NCBI GenBank assembly: GCA_965224705.1
Contig: OZ245056.1
Span: 1,952,001 to 2,016,000, forward strand
Direction of reading: 5' to 3'
DNA: 64,000 nt
Source: Spirochaetaceae bacterium
GTDB lineage: Bacteria; Spirochaetota; Spirochaetia; DSM-2461
Shown here piece after piece: positions 30,014 to 39,383 of the stretch; the stretch's first letter is position 1, and each line of letters starts with the position of its first letter. The notes under the pieces are model-generated. The model was not told the DNA's origin and ran no database searches. It saw nothing but the letters and a program-made list of their open reading frames with translations. Position numbers and translations under genes: made by a program.

Positions 30014-30616
30014 TCAGCACGATTCGGTGAGGATTATTCCCCTGTGTTCCATGGTTTTGACAGCCTGTTCAAGATTGCCTTCAGGTAAATCCACACCCCG
30101 TGCGGCATCAATGAGAACGACTGTTTCAAATCCTGCGCTGTGAGCATCCAGAGCACTGTAGAAGACACAGAAATCTGTAGCTAATCCACAAAGGTACACC
30201 TTATTCACTCCTCTGCTCCTCAGATATGCTGTAAGCCCTGTCGATGTGTGATGGTCGTTTTCAAGAAAAGCAGAATAGGAATCAAGATTCTTAGAGTTCC
30301 CTTTTCGAATGATTATGCTGGCTGAATTGAGATTGAGATCGGGATGGAAATCAGCCCCTTTACTGCCCTGTATACAGTGATCGGGCCATAGTACCTGTCT
30401 GCCGGAAGTAAGTTCAATTGATTCGCCAGGATTTCGATCATGACTGGATGCGAAAGAAACATGGCCCCGGGGATGCCAATCCTGAGTGGCCACTGTGACA
30501 GGAAATCGATCATGCAGGGCGTTAATCCGGGGCACAACATCCTCACCTCCGGGAACAGCCAGGGCTCCTCCAGAACAAAAATCATTCTGTACATCCACAA
30601 TAATAAGTGCTTCCAT
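30014..30616 (-). CDS. pncA: Nicotinamidase/pyrazinamidase
   Basis: VDVQNDF, TQDWHP, WPDHC, DSYSAF, GLATDFCV. Confidence 0.95.
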   Translation of the reverse strand: MEALIIVDVQNDFCSGGALAVPGGEDVVPRINALHDRFPVTVATQDWHPRGHVSFASSHDRNPGESIELTSGRQVLWPDHCIQGSKGADFHPDLNLNSASIIIRKGNSKNLDSYSAFLENDHHTSTGLTAYLRSRGVNKVYLCGLATDFCVFYSALDAHSAGFETVVLIDAARGVDLPEGNLEQAVKTMEHRGIILTESC

Positions 30617-30770
30617 CGTCGGAAATCTCCTGTCCGAAGAATATACAGGTATTGAGAAGGATTGTAAATGATCCTCTCCCACCCTCATTCCTCAAAGAGC
30701 ACTGCCAGGTTGTGCGGGCATTCTAACCGCAACGTGATGGCGAAAAAGTTTGATCTGCGAACTGATTGTT

Positions 30771-31436
30771 TTAAAGGGAGCCTTTATTCATTTCCTCTAT
30801 CCGGGCAATTATACGCGCTGAATCGTCCTTTTCAATGGCCTTTATCTGGACAGGAGGAGGGGATAGACTGTAGATCTGATGAGACAGGGTTATCGCTGTG
30901 CTATAATCATGGGTCACCAGAACAACAGTTTTTCCAGTTAAATGTCTGGTGACACGCTCCAGAATGCGGTTTCTCAGAGAGGGATCCAGAGAAGAGAATG
31001 GCTCATCGAGGAGAAGTGTTTTACCTGGAGCCAGAAGCGCACGGGCCAGGGCAACACGGCGAGCCATACCACCGCTGATCTGCCCGGGCAGTTTCCTGAT
31101 GGCATCACCAAGTTCCAGATCTTCCAGAAGAACCATGGCCTCTTCCCTTCTGATCTTCCTGGATAGGCGATGATCCATGGCATACATGGCATTTTCAATA
31201 ATGGGCCTCCAGGGGAGCAGGCGATCCTCCTGAAAAACACAGGAAACAGGCTCAGTACAGCTAATCTCTCCATCATCAGGGCGAATGAGACCTGCGATGA
31301 TATTCAGCAGGGTCGTTTTTCCACACCCTGAAGGACCTGCGAGACTGATTATCTCCCCATCGGATACAGATAAACTCAGACTTCGGAACAGAAGATTCTC
31401 CCCGAAGGATTTGTTGATGTTTCTAAGCCTGATCAT
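30771..31436 (-). CDS. NitT/TauT-type ABC transporter ATP-binding protein
   Basis: GPSGCGKTT, FQEDRLLPW, ISGGMARR, DEPFSSLD. Confidence 0.9.
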   Translation of the reverse strand: MIRLRNINKSFGENLLFRSLSLSVSDGEIISLAGPSGCGKTTLLNIIAGLIRPDDGEISCTEPVSCVFQEDRLLPWRPIIENAMYAMDHRLSRKIRREEAMVLLEDLELGDAIRKLPGQISGGMARRVALARALLAPGKTLLLDEPFSSLDPSLRNRILERVTRHLTGKTVVLVTHDYSTAITLSHQIYSLSPPPVQIKAIEKDDSARIIARIEEMNKGSL

Positions 31437-32214
31437 GCTGGTTGTCCATGTGTTTGCGTAAAATAGAGAAGAATAAATCGATCCCCACCGTTAACAGGAT
31501 GACTAAAAGAGACCAGGAAAAAACGCCTGCCGTATTCAATCGGGCCCGTTCGATTTGAAGTATTGTTCCAATACCCATTGCAGGCTGACTGAGAACTTCC
31601 GCTGCAACAGCGACCTTCATCGTCAAACCGGTACCAGCCATCATTCCTGATATAAGGTGGGGACGCAGGGCGGGAAGAATAAAATGCCGCAGAGTCCTGA
31701 TCCAGGAGATTCGAAAAACCTGATGCATCTCCATCAGCCTGGAATCCAGATGACGAATACCTGTCAGAACAGCAGTATACAGCACCGGAAAAACAATGAG
31801 AGTACACACAAAAATAACAGCTGTATTGGACTTGAACCAGATGAGGGAGAGAAGAATGACTCCCATGGTCGGTAAGGATTTCATTACGGCAATAATCGGC
31901 TCAAGCACGAAGGCAATTCGGCTGACAAATCCTGAAATCACACCTGTGAGCAGTGCTGCTATGACGTTTAAAAGAAAGGAGAAAAGTGCCCGGCTGACCG
32001 TTGCTCCGAGGGCCAGCCATGTTTGTTTCTTTCTGAGCATTTCAATAAGGTAAACAACAGTGGCTCCCGGTGTCGGCAGAATGATTTCCCTTGCCAGTAT
32101 CCTGGCAACAATGGTCCATATCGCCAGGACTGTCAGAGACGAGAGAATCACCCAGAATAATCGACGGTTAACCGTTACCGGTTTTCGCTTGGAATTCATT
32201 CGGGAAATCATCAT
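31423..32214 (-). CDS. NitT/TauT-type ABC transporter permease
   Basis: Multiple TM helices, ILPTP, KVAVAAEVL; overlaps the ATPase start. Confidence 0.88.
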   Translation of the reverse strand: MMISRMNSKRKPVTVNRRLFWVILSSLTVLAIWTIVARILAREIILPTPGATVVYLIEMLRKKQTWLALGATVSRALFSFLLNVIAALLTGVISGFVSRIAFVLEPIIAVMKSLPTMGVILLSLIWFKSNTAVIFVCTLIVFPVLYTAVLTGIRHLDSRLMEMHQVFRISWIRTLRHFILPALRPHLISGMMAGTGLTMKVAVAAEVLSQPAMGIGTILQIERARLNTAGVFSWSLLVILLTVGIDLFFSILRKHMDNQHDQA

Positions 32215-32296
32215 ACCGTAGGTATTCAGGAGAATCTACCTCAAACAGATAGAGGAACGCCATGGGGACATTGGTACAATTGAGGCGATTTTTGCA

Positions 32297-32516
32297 GTGT
32301 CAGGAAGCTTGTTACAACCTGGTTTCATTTCAATCCGTCCAGATGAAGATCTTTGCCAGATACAGTAATTCAACGCTGATTGACAGCTGTGATTCGGTAC
32401 ATCACTCTTTGAAATGATGAGAGAATTCTCCGAAAAGGTACATCGTAAATACATACTCTATCTGATATTAATTCGCTGATGAAAACGATTTCTTCATTTA
32501 ACAAGCTTTCTGACAC
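32297..32516. mobile_element. 220-bp MITE of the GTGTCAG-TIR family with a TGCA target duplication
   Basis: Ends GTGTCAGGAAGCTTGTTA and TAACAAGCTTTCTGACAC; TGCA at 32293-32296 and 32517-32520. Colinear with the reverse complement of 42016-42234. Confidence 0.85.
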
Positions 32517-32691
32517 TGCAAAAATGCCGGGGAATGGTGTCTTCAAGGTCAGATCAGGAAAGATGCTTCGGTTCATGTCAGTACGACGACTCAATCCACC
32601 AGATACCCCGGTTCAATGATGTATATATCGACATACACAGGACTGTAAACTGATTGACTTCAGCACTACACTCAGAATAAGCTACCATTAT

Positions 32692-33855
32692 ATGCAGAAA
32701 CGTTCAAATTACATATTTACATCTGAAAGTGTTGGAGAAGGTCATCCAGACAAAATATGCGACTTAATATCCGATGCAGTCCTGGACAGGGTATTACAGA
32801 AGGATCCCGAATCCCGGGTGGCCTGCGAATGCTATACATCGACCGGCATCGTCCTTGTGGGCGGTGAAATAACGACTGGTCACTATGTCGATATAATTCA
32901 AACAGCCCAGGGAGTTTTGGGAGATATTGGGTACGACAAACCTGAAGATGGGATTGACCGGAAATCCTGTTCCATACTGACCATGATTAAACCCCAGTCT
33001 ACCGACATTTCCCAGGGTGTTACATCCGGTGAAGGGCTACACAAGGAACAGGGGGCTGGTGATCAAGGCTTGATGTTTGGTTACGCCTGTCGGCAGACCG
33101 ATTCATTCATGCCTGCTCCCATTGAGTTTTCTCACCGTATTATGAAAAAAGCCGCAGAAGTGAGAAAATCCCGAAAACTTGATTTTCTTCGTCCCGATGG
33201 GAAATGCCAGGTAACCGTTCGCTATGAATCCCACAAACCTGTATCCATTGAAACTGTTGTGTTATCGCATCAACACCTTGAAAGTGTCACCCATAAACAG
33301 GTGAAAGAGGGACTCATTGAGGAGGTAATACTTCCAGCACTGCCTCGAAACTTGCTGACAGATAAAACAGTGTACCATATAAACCCGACAGGCCGCTTTG
33401 TGATTGGCGGCCCCAGGGGGGATGTTGGTCTTACAGGCCGTAAAACAGTCGTTGACACTTATGGAGGGTATGCCAGACATGGAGGAGGGGCCTTTTCTGG
33501 AAAAGACCCCTCCAAAGTGGACAGATCGGCCGCTTACATGGCACGGTATCTGGCTAAGAATCTTGTTGCAACAGAATTGATTGACGAAGTGGAAGTTCAA
33601 CTGGCCTATGCCATCGGCATAGCAGAACCCGTTTCGGTGTATATCAACACTTTCAATTCCGGCAGGATAGATGCGGAAAGGATTGAATCCATTATTCCCA
33701 GGCTGTTTGATCTAACCCCGTCGGGTATCATCTCGACATTGAATCTCAAGCGTCCCATTTACTATCCCACAGCTGCCTATGGTCATTTCGGCAGGGATGG
33801 TTTCCCCTGGGAAAAGACTGACAGGGTAGACGATTTGAAGGATGCCCTGTCCTGA
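32692..33855 (+). CDS. metK: S-adenosylmethionine synthetase
   Basis: [35 protein letters not shown]. Confidence 0.98.
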   Translation: MQKRSNYIFTSESVGEGHPDKICDLISDAVLDRVLQKDPESRVACECYTSTGIVLVGGEITTGHYVDIIQTAQGVLGDIGYDKPEDGIDRKSCSILTMIKPQSTDISQGVTSGEGLHKEQGAGDQGLMFGYACRQTDSFMPAPIEFSHRIMKKAAEVRKSRKLDFLRPDGKCQVTVRYESHKPVSIETVVLSHQHLESVTHKQVKEGLIEEVILPALPRNLLTDKTVYHINPTGRFVIGGPRGDVGLTGRKTVVDTYGGYARHGGGAFSGKDPSKVDRSAAYMARYLAKNLVATELIDEVEVQLAYAIGIAEPVSVYINTFNSGRIDAERIESIIPRLFDLTPSGIISTLNLKRPIYYPTAAYGHFGRDGFPWEKTDRVDDLKDALS

Positions 33856-34835
33856 TGCGGAAAGGCCGCTGGTGGAGAAGAAATAAAGGCAAAACTACCT
33901 GTTTGCTCTGTCCTCATCGGTGTTCCCTTGATGATGGGGCCGCTGGTCTCTGTGGAGTGAGACGGGGCTCACCGGCTGGCATTGTTCTTCCGTCATGGGG
34001 CATGCTCACTGCTGAAAGCCTTGATCCTGTTGAAAAAAAGCCTCTTTACCATTTCCATCCCGGCAATCCTGTCTGGTCTATGGGTTTCGCCGGATGCAAT
34101 ATGGACTGTCCCTTTTGCCAGAATCACAGTATTTCCAGTTCCCCGGATGGAAAAGGCTATCTGGTGAAGCCTGAGGAATCTATTCACAGAGCAATGAAAT
34201 CGCATGCCAGGATGATCGCCTTCACTTATTCAGAACCCGGCATGCATGCCGAATATCTCATTGAGACCGCTCAACTGGCTCAAAAGCAGAAGATTTCTAC
34301 AGTGCTGGTGACCAACGGCTGCGTCAATCCGAATCCTGCAGCGGAAATCCTTTCATACATGGATGGGGTAAACATTGATCTGAAATCATGGAGCCGTCAG
34401 TATTACAAAGATACTCTGAAGGGTCGTCTTGAAACTGTCAGGGAATTCATCAAACTGGCTCAACAACTTTCATGGATGGAATTAACCACTCTGATTGTCC
34501 CGGATGATAATGACAGCGATGAGATGATGCATGAACAGTGTTCATGGATTGCCGGTATATCGCCAGATATTCCCCTCCATCTTTCCGCTTACTATCCATC
34601 TCACCACTATTCAAGGCCAGCTACTTCCGAGAAAACTCTGACCAACCTGGCTGATATTGCCAGACAATATCTCAACTATGTCTACATTGGAAATATTGGG
34701 ATTGAAAATCATACTCACTGCCCGGAATGCCAGGACATACTCATCAGACGGCGGGGATACAAAACCGAGTGCAGCATCATGGACGACGGGTTGTGCCCGA
34801 ATTGTTCTCATGCTGTTCCTGGGGTTTTCAATTAG
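33855..34835 (+). CDS. amrS: AmmeMemoRadiSam system radical SAM enzyme
   Basis: N-terminal CLLCPHRC, DPVEKKPLYHF, CNMDCPFC (CxxxCxxC), C-terminal YVYIGN...CPEC...CPNC. Confidence 0.9.
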   Translation: MRKGRWWRRNKGKTTCLLCPHRCSLDDGAAGLCGVRRGSPAGIVLPSWGMLTAESLDPVEKKPLYHFHPGNPVWSMGFAGCNMDCPFCQNHSISSSPDGKGYLVKPEESIHRAMKSHARMIAFTYSEPGMHAEYLIETAQLAQKQKISTVLVTNGCVNPNPAAEILSYMDGVNIDLKSWSRQYYKDTLKGRLETVREFIKLAQQLSWMELTTLIVPDDNDSDEMMHEQCSWIAGISPDIPLHLSAYYPSHHYSRPATSEKTLTNLADIARQYLNYVYIGNIGIENHTHCPECQDILIRRRGYKTECSIMDDGLCPNCSHAVPGVFN

Positions 34836-34951
34836 TTGGGGACTGCCTCAAATGAAAAAGACGGCCGTGACACTGACCCTTCAGGTTTGTTTTCTATCTG
34901 AGTCATCCCTGGTCTTTACTGTTGATTGAAAAAATCTTTAAGATAGGATGC

Positions 34952-36745
34952 ATGTCACCTCCAGTTCAGATCTACGATGAAAGTAAAATAAAAACACTCA
35001 GTTCTCTTGAACATATTCGACTTCGTTCCGGTATGTATATCGGCCGTCTTGGTGATGGATCGAATTCCGAGGACGGTATCTACATTCTTCTCAAGGAAGT
35101 CGTGGACAATGCCATTGATGAGTACATCATGGGCTTCGGTAAGAAGATTGAAATCAAACATAAGAACGGAAGGATCGCCTGCCGTGACTATGGACGGGGT
35201 ATCCCTCATGGCAAGCTCATTGAATGTGTGAGTGTTATCAACACAGGGGCAAAATATAACGATGATGTATTTCAGTTTTCAGTAGGCCTCAATGGCGTGG
35301 GAACGAAGGCCGTGAATGCCCTGTCCAGTTCCTTTCTCATTCGTTCCTACAGGGATGGGAAATTCAGGGAAGCTCTGTTCGAGAAAGGTGTTCTCAATAA
35401 AGAAAGAAAGGGTAACTGTGAAGGATATGCGGACGGTACTTACGCCGAGTTCATGCCGGACAGGGATATATTCCCTGACTATGAATTTATTGATGAGTAC
35501 ATTGAACGGCGGATGTGGGTATATGCCTGTCTGAACCGAAATCTGAGTTTGTATTACAACGGCACCAGATTTGAATCAAAAAAGGGCTTACGTGATTTAT
35601 TGGATCAGGAAGTTGGCAATACAGCTCTCTATCCAATAGTTTATCACACTGGAGATAAACTTGAAATAGCTTTTACGCATACTGCAAATTATGGAGAAAA
35701 TCATTTCTCATTTGTAAACGGACAGTTTACTGCTGATGGGGGGACTCATCTCAGCGCATTCCGGGAGGGCTTACTCAAGGGGGTGAACGAATTCACAAAA
35801 AAAACCTACTCCGGTACCGATGTACGGGAAGGAATTGCCGGCTGCATTGCGGTGAAGGTGAAGGATCCCGTATTTGAAAGTCAGACTAAGAACAAGCTTG
35901 GGAATACTGAGGTGCGCTCATGGATTGTTAGAGAGGTAAAGGCAGCAGCCGTGGACTACCTTCACAAGAATCCCGAAACAGCCAGAATTCTTGAGGAAAA
36001 GATTGTCAATAATGAGAAACTCCGGAAGGAGCTTGCGGCGGTAAAAAAAGAAGCTAAAGCTGCGGCAAAAAGAATATCCCTGAACATTCCCAAGCTGAAA
36101 GACTGCAAGTATCACCGGGGAGATAAACGTGGTGATGAAACCACCATATTCATCACAGAAGGAATGTCCGCTGCCGGTTCAATTGTTAGCTGCAGAGACG
36201 TGCACACTCAGGCGGTCTATTCTCTCCGGGGGAAGCCCTGGAACAGTTACGGGAAAGGCCGTACAGCCATTTACAGGAATGAAGAATTGTTTAATCTGAT
36301 GATGGCTCTTGGAATTGAGAACGATATTGACAACCTGCGCTACGAACGTGTTGTCATTGCCACGGATGCCGATACAGATGGATTTCACATCCGGAATCTG
36401 ATACTGACGTTCTTTTTGAATTACTTCGAGGAACTGGTAATCGGCGGACATATCTACATCCTTGAAACACCGCTGTTCCGGGTACGGAATAAAAAGGAAA
36501 CACAGTACTGCTATTCCGAAAGGGAGAAGAATTCCGCCATGGCATCCATCAAGGGACGTGAAGTGACGAGATTCAAGGGACTGGGAGAGATCAGCCCCGG
36601 AGAATTTGGTCAGTTTATAGGAGAGGACATGCGCATTGTGCCAATTGGTATCAAATCGATGAAAACCGTGCCGGAAACTCTTGCGTTCTATATGGGAAAG
36701 AATACCCCTCAGCGGCGTGAATACATCATGGATAATCTGATTTAA
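34952..36745 (+). CDS. parE: DNA topoisomerase IV subunit B
   Basis: EHIRLRSGMYIG, EVVDNAIDE, TOPRIM TEG and DADTDG, RFKGLGE. Confidence 0.92.
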   Translation: MSPPVQIYDESKIKTLSSLEHIRLRSGMYIGRLGDGSNSEDGIYILLKEVVDNAIDEYIMGFGKKIEIKHKNGRIACRDYGRGIPHGKLIECVSVINTGAKYNDDVFQFSVGLNGVGTKAVNALSSSFLIRSYRDGKFREALFEKGVLNKERKGNCEGYADGTYAEFMPDRDIFPDYEFIDEYIERRMWVYACLNRNLSLYYNGTRFESKKGLRDLLDQEVGNTALYPIVYHTGDKLEIAFTHTANYGENHFSFVNGQFTADGGTHLSAFREGLLKGVNEFTKKTYSGTDVREGIAGCIAVKVKDPVFESQTKNKLGNTEVRSWIVREVKAAAVDYLHKNPETARILEEKIVNNEKLRKELAAVKKEAKAAAKRISLNIPKLKDCKYHRGDKRGDETTIFITEGMSAAGSIVSCRDVHTQAVYSLRGKPWNSYGKGRTAIYRNEELFNLMMALGIENDIDNLRYERVVIATDADTDGFHIRNLILTFFLNYFEELVIGGHIYILETPLFRVRNKKETQYCYSEREKNSAMASIKGREVTRFKGLGEISPGEFGQFIGEDMRIVPIGIKSMKTVPETLAFYMGKNTPQRREYIMDNLI

Positions 36746-38673
36746 TGGCGTATATAAATAAGATCTTCAACACAAATTTTCTTGAATATGCCTCCTATGT
36801 TATCAAAGAGAGGGCCATTCCCCATCTGGCGGATGGTCTCAAGCCAGTCCAGCGGCGAATTCTCCAGTCTTTGTTTGATGTTGACGATGGGAAATTTCAC
36901 AAGGTGGCCAATGTTATTGGTCATGCGATGCAGTATCATCCTCACGGAGATGCCTCCATCTATGAGGCTCTGGTCAACCTGGCCAACAAAGATTTCTTCA
37001 TCGACAGGCAGGGAAATTTCGGCAATACCTTCACTGGAGATCCAGCGGCCGCAGCCCGGTACATTGAATGTCGTCTTTTGCCCATGGCCAGAGAGGTGCT
37101 CTTCGGGCCGGAAATAACTGAGTTCACCGAGTCCTATGATGGACGCAGACAGGAACCTGTAACTCTTCCGGCAAAAATACCCCTACCCTTAATTCTGGGT
37201 GCTGAAGGAATCGCCGTTGGTATGTCCACACGGCTGCTGCCCCATAATCTCATTGAGGTTATGGAAGCTGAACAGGCCTGTTTGAGAGGGGAAGATTTTA
37301 CGATTTATCCTGATATTCCTTCCGGCGGCATCATTGATGTTACGAATTACAATGAGGGGAATGGAAAGATCCTCAGCAGGGCACGGCTGGATTCATCCGA
37401 TCCCAAGAGCATTGTGATACGTCAGCTTCCCTACGGGGTGACAACAGAAAGTCTTATTGCGTCGATTGAGAGTGCCGCAAGGTCAAACAAGATCAAAGTT
37501 GGGGTCATCAATGATTACACCACAGAGTCTGTTGAGATAGAAATAAAATTGTCCCGGGGCGTGCATACTGAGGATGTACTGGATGCCCTGTATGCCTTTA
37601 CCGATTGTGAAGTGAATATCCCGGTAAACATGCTCCTTATCAATGAGGATAAGCCCTCAGTGATGAATGTAACTGAAGTTGTAAAGTATCATGCGGACAG
37701 GTTGATCAAACTGCTGGAGAAGGAACTTCTCATTGAAAAAGGTCATTTGCTCGATAAGATTCATGCACGAAACCTGGAGAAAATCTTCATTGTTGAGAAA
37801 ATCTACAAACAGATTGAACCAATTAAAACCGTATCGGGCATATTTCGAACCGTGCACAGGGAATTTGAAGCATTTGAGAAGGAGATTGAACGCAAAGTAA
37901 GTGATGACGATATCGAGCGCCTTCTCAAAATACCCATAAGGCGTATAAGTCAATTTGACATCAAGCGGATGGTGGATGAAATTCGGCAATTACAGGAAAG
38001 GGTGACTGAAATTGATCATCATCTGACTCATCTGGTGGCCTGTGCCCTCAGTTATCTTGATGGGGTTATTGAGAAATACCGGTCGAAATATCCCCGACGC
38101 AGTGAGATTGTTTCGCTGCAAAAAGTGGATATCCGGGATGTGGCTCAAAAGAACCTGAAAGTAAAATACAACCCGGGCACAGGATATCTGGGTTATGAGA
38201 CCTCTGGCGGTCGGGTTCTTTTTTCTGCATCGGTGTATGACAGAGTCATCTACATAAAAAAAGATGGTACGTATCTGGTAACGGATGTGCCGGACAAACT
38301 TTTCGTGGGCAAGGGAATGCTCTATGCGAATCTGGCCGATAAGGAAACCTGTGATTCCGTGGTCTTTTCCCTTATTTACAGAAATACCGAGAACAATTTT
38401 CCCTACATCAAACGCTGTCAGATAACTCAGTTCATTCTCAATCGGTCATATTCACTGATACCGGAAGAAGGTGAAATGATACGCTTCACCACGAAGGAAG
38501 ATGTCGCTGCTGTTGTGGATTTCAAGCAGAGAAGTCTCATTAAAAACGCGGACTCCTTTCCCGTGAGTGAATACCTTGTAAAGGGTGTCAGGGCCAGAGG
38601 GGTGCGGCTCAAGCCCAGGGAGTTTACTTCTGCCCGGTTCATCAGTATCAAGGTGCTCGAAAAGAACACTTGA
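36745..38673 (+). CDS. parC: DNA topoisomerase IV subunit A
   Basis: DGLKPVQRR, YHPHGDAS, catalytic AARYIE. Confidence 0.92.
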   Translation: MAYINKIFNTNFLEYASYVIKERAIPHLADGLKPVQRRILQSLFDVDDGKFHKVANVIGHAMQYHPHGDASIYEALVNLANKDFFIDRQGNFGNTFTGDPAAAARYIECRLLPMAREVLFGPEITEFTESYDGRRQEPVTLPAKIPLPLILGAEGIAVGMSTRLLPHNLIEVMEAEQACLRGEDFTIYPDIPSGGIIDVTNYNEGNGKILSRARLDSSDPKSIVIRQLPYGVTTESLIASIESAARSNKIKVGVINDYTTESVEIEIKLSRGVHTEDVLDALYAFTDCEVNIPVNMLLINEDKPSVMNVTEVVKYHADRLIKLLEKELLIEKGHLLDKIHARNLEKIFIVEKIYKQIEPIKTVSGIFRTVHREFEAFEKEIERKVSDDDIERLLKIPIRRISQFDIKRMVDEIRQLQERVTEIDHHLTHLVACALSYLDGVIEKYRSKYPRRSEIVSLQKVDIRDVAQKNLKVKYNPGTGYLGYETSGGRVLFSASVYDRVIYIKKDGTYLVTDVPDKLFVGKGMLYANLADKETCDSVVFSLIYRNTENNFPYIKRCQITQFILNRSYSLIPEEGEMIRFTTKEDVAAVVDFKQRSLIKNADSFPVSEYLVKGVRARGVRLKPREFTSARFISIKVLEKNT

Positions 38674-38707
38674 CCTGAGTGCAATGGATTACTATCCTTG
38701 AATACAA

Positions 38708-38970
38708 TGTTAGTTCAAAGTATAGAACAACTCGTCAAGAAAGATGTTCCACTTCACTATCGTAATGATTATACGGCCCTTTGCAAACTGGCATTCCCTC
38801 ACGGCGGAAGTCAGGAAGTGCCCATTGAATTCTCAGCGGAGATAAAACCTGGCGGCGAACGTGTTATCGATGTAAGAGTGAAGGAAAGGGTCAACTATCC
38901 GCTCATACCGGTCATCAGGGAACTCAAAGAAAAAATTCTTGTTATGGAAAAAGACGGCCTGCTCCGGTAA
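38708..38970 (+). CDS. Small hypothetical protein coupled to tsaE
   Basis: ORF track 38698-38970 with its stop overlapping the tsaE start. The start is approximate, at the ATG behind a TTGACC-17-TATCCT promoter. Confidence 0.6.
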
Positions 38971-39383
38971 TGGAGATTAAAACTCTTGATGCTGCCGGAA
39001 CGAAAAAGGTAGGATTTCAGCTCGGAAAACGCCTTGTTCCGGGAGATATTGTCACCCTGTCAGGTGTCCTGGGAGCCGGGAAAACCGTGTTCGCTCAGGG
39101 GGTCGCTGAAGCTCTTGGAGTAATTGAACCGGTAACCAGTCCATCTTTCATACTGATCAGCGAATATAGCGGTACAATGAAGCTTTATCACATGGACCTC
39201 TACCGATTGAACTCGGTGGAAGAGTTTTTTTGGCTTGGAGTTGAGGAAATGCTTAACGGGTCTGGAGTGTGCCTTATCGAATGGGGTGAACGCGTGATCA
39301 GTGAACTGCCGGATCGAACGATACGAGTCAGTATTGAAATGACGGAAGATGGTGAAAGATCAGTCTCTGTTGCCAATGTGTAG
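38970..39383 (+). CDS. tsaE: tRNA threonylcarbamoyladenosine biosynthesis ATPase
   Basis: GVLGAGKT, VTSPSF, HMDLYRL, IEWG. Confidence 0.95.
   Translation: MEIKTLDAAGTKKVGFQLGKRLVPGDIVTLSGVLGAGKTVFAQGVAEALGVIEPVTSPSFILISEYSGTMKLYHMDLYRLNSVEEFFWLGVEEMLNGSGVCLIEWGERVISELPDRTIRVSIEMTEDGERSVSVANV

Noticed and set aside
32526..32612. SRP RNA-, TPP- or SAM-riboswitch-like words (GGTCAGATCAGGAAAGATGC; CCTGATCTG) upstream of metK and the ABC genes
   Set aside because: The SRP AGCAG motif, the TPP CTGAGA and closing elements, and the SAM-I core are missing.
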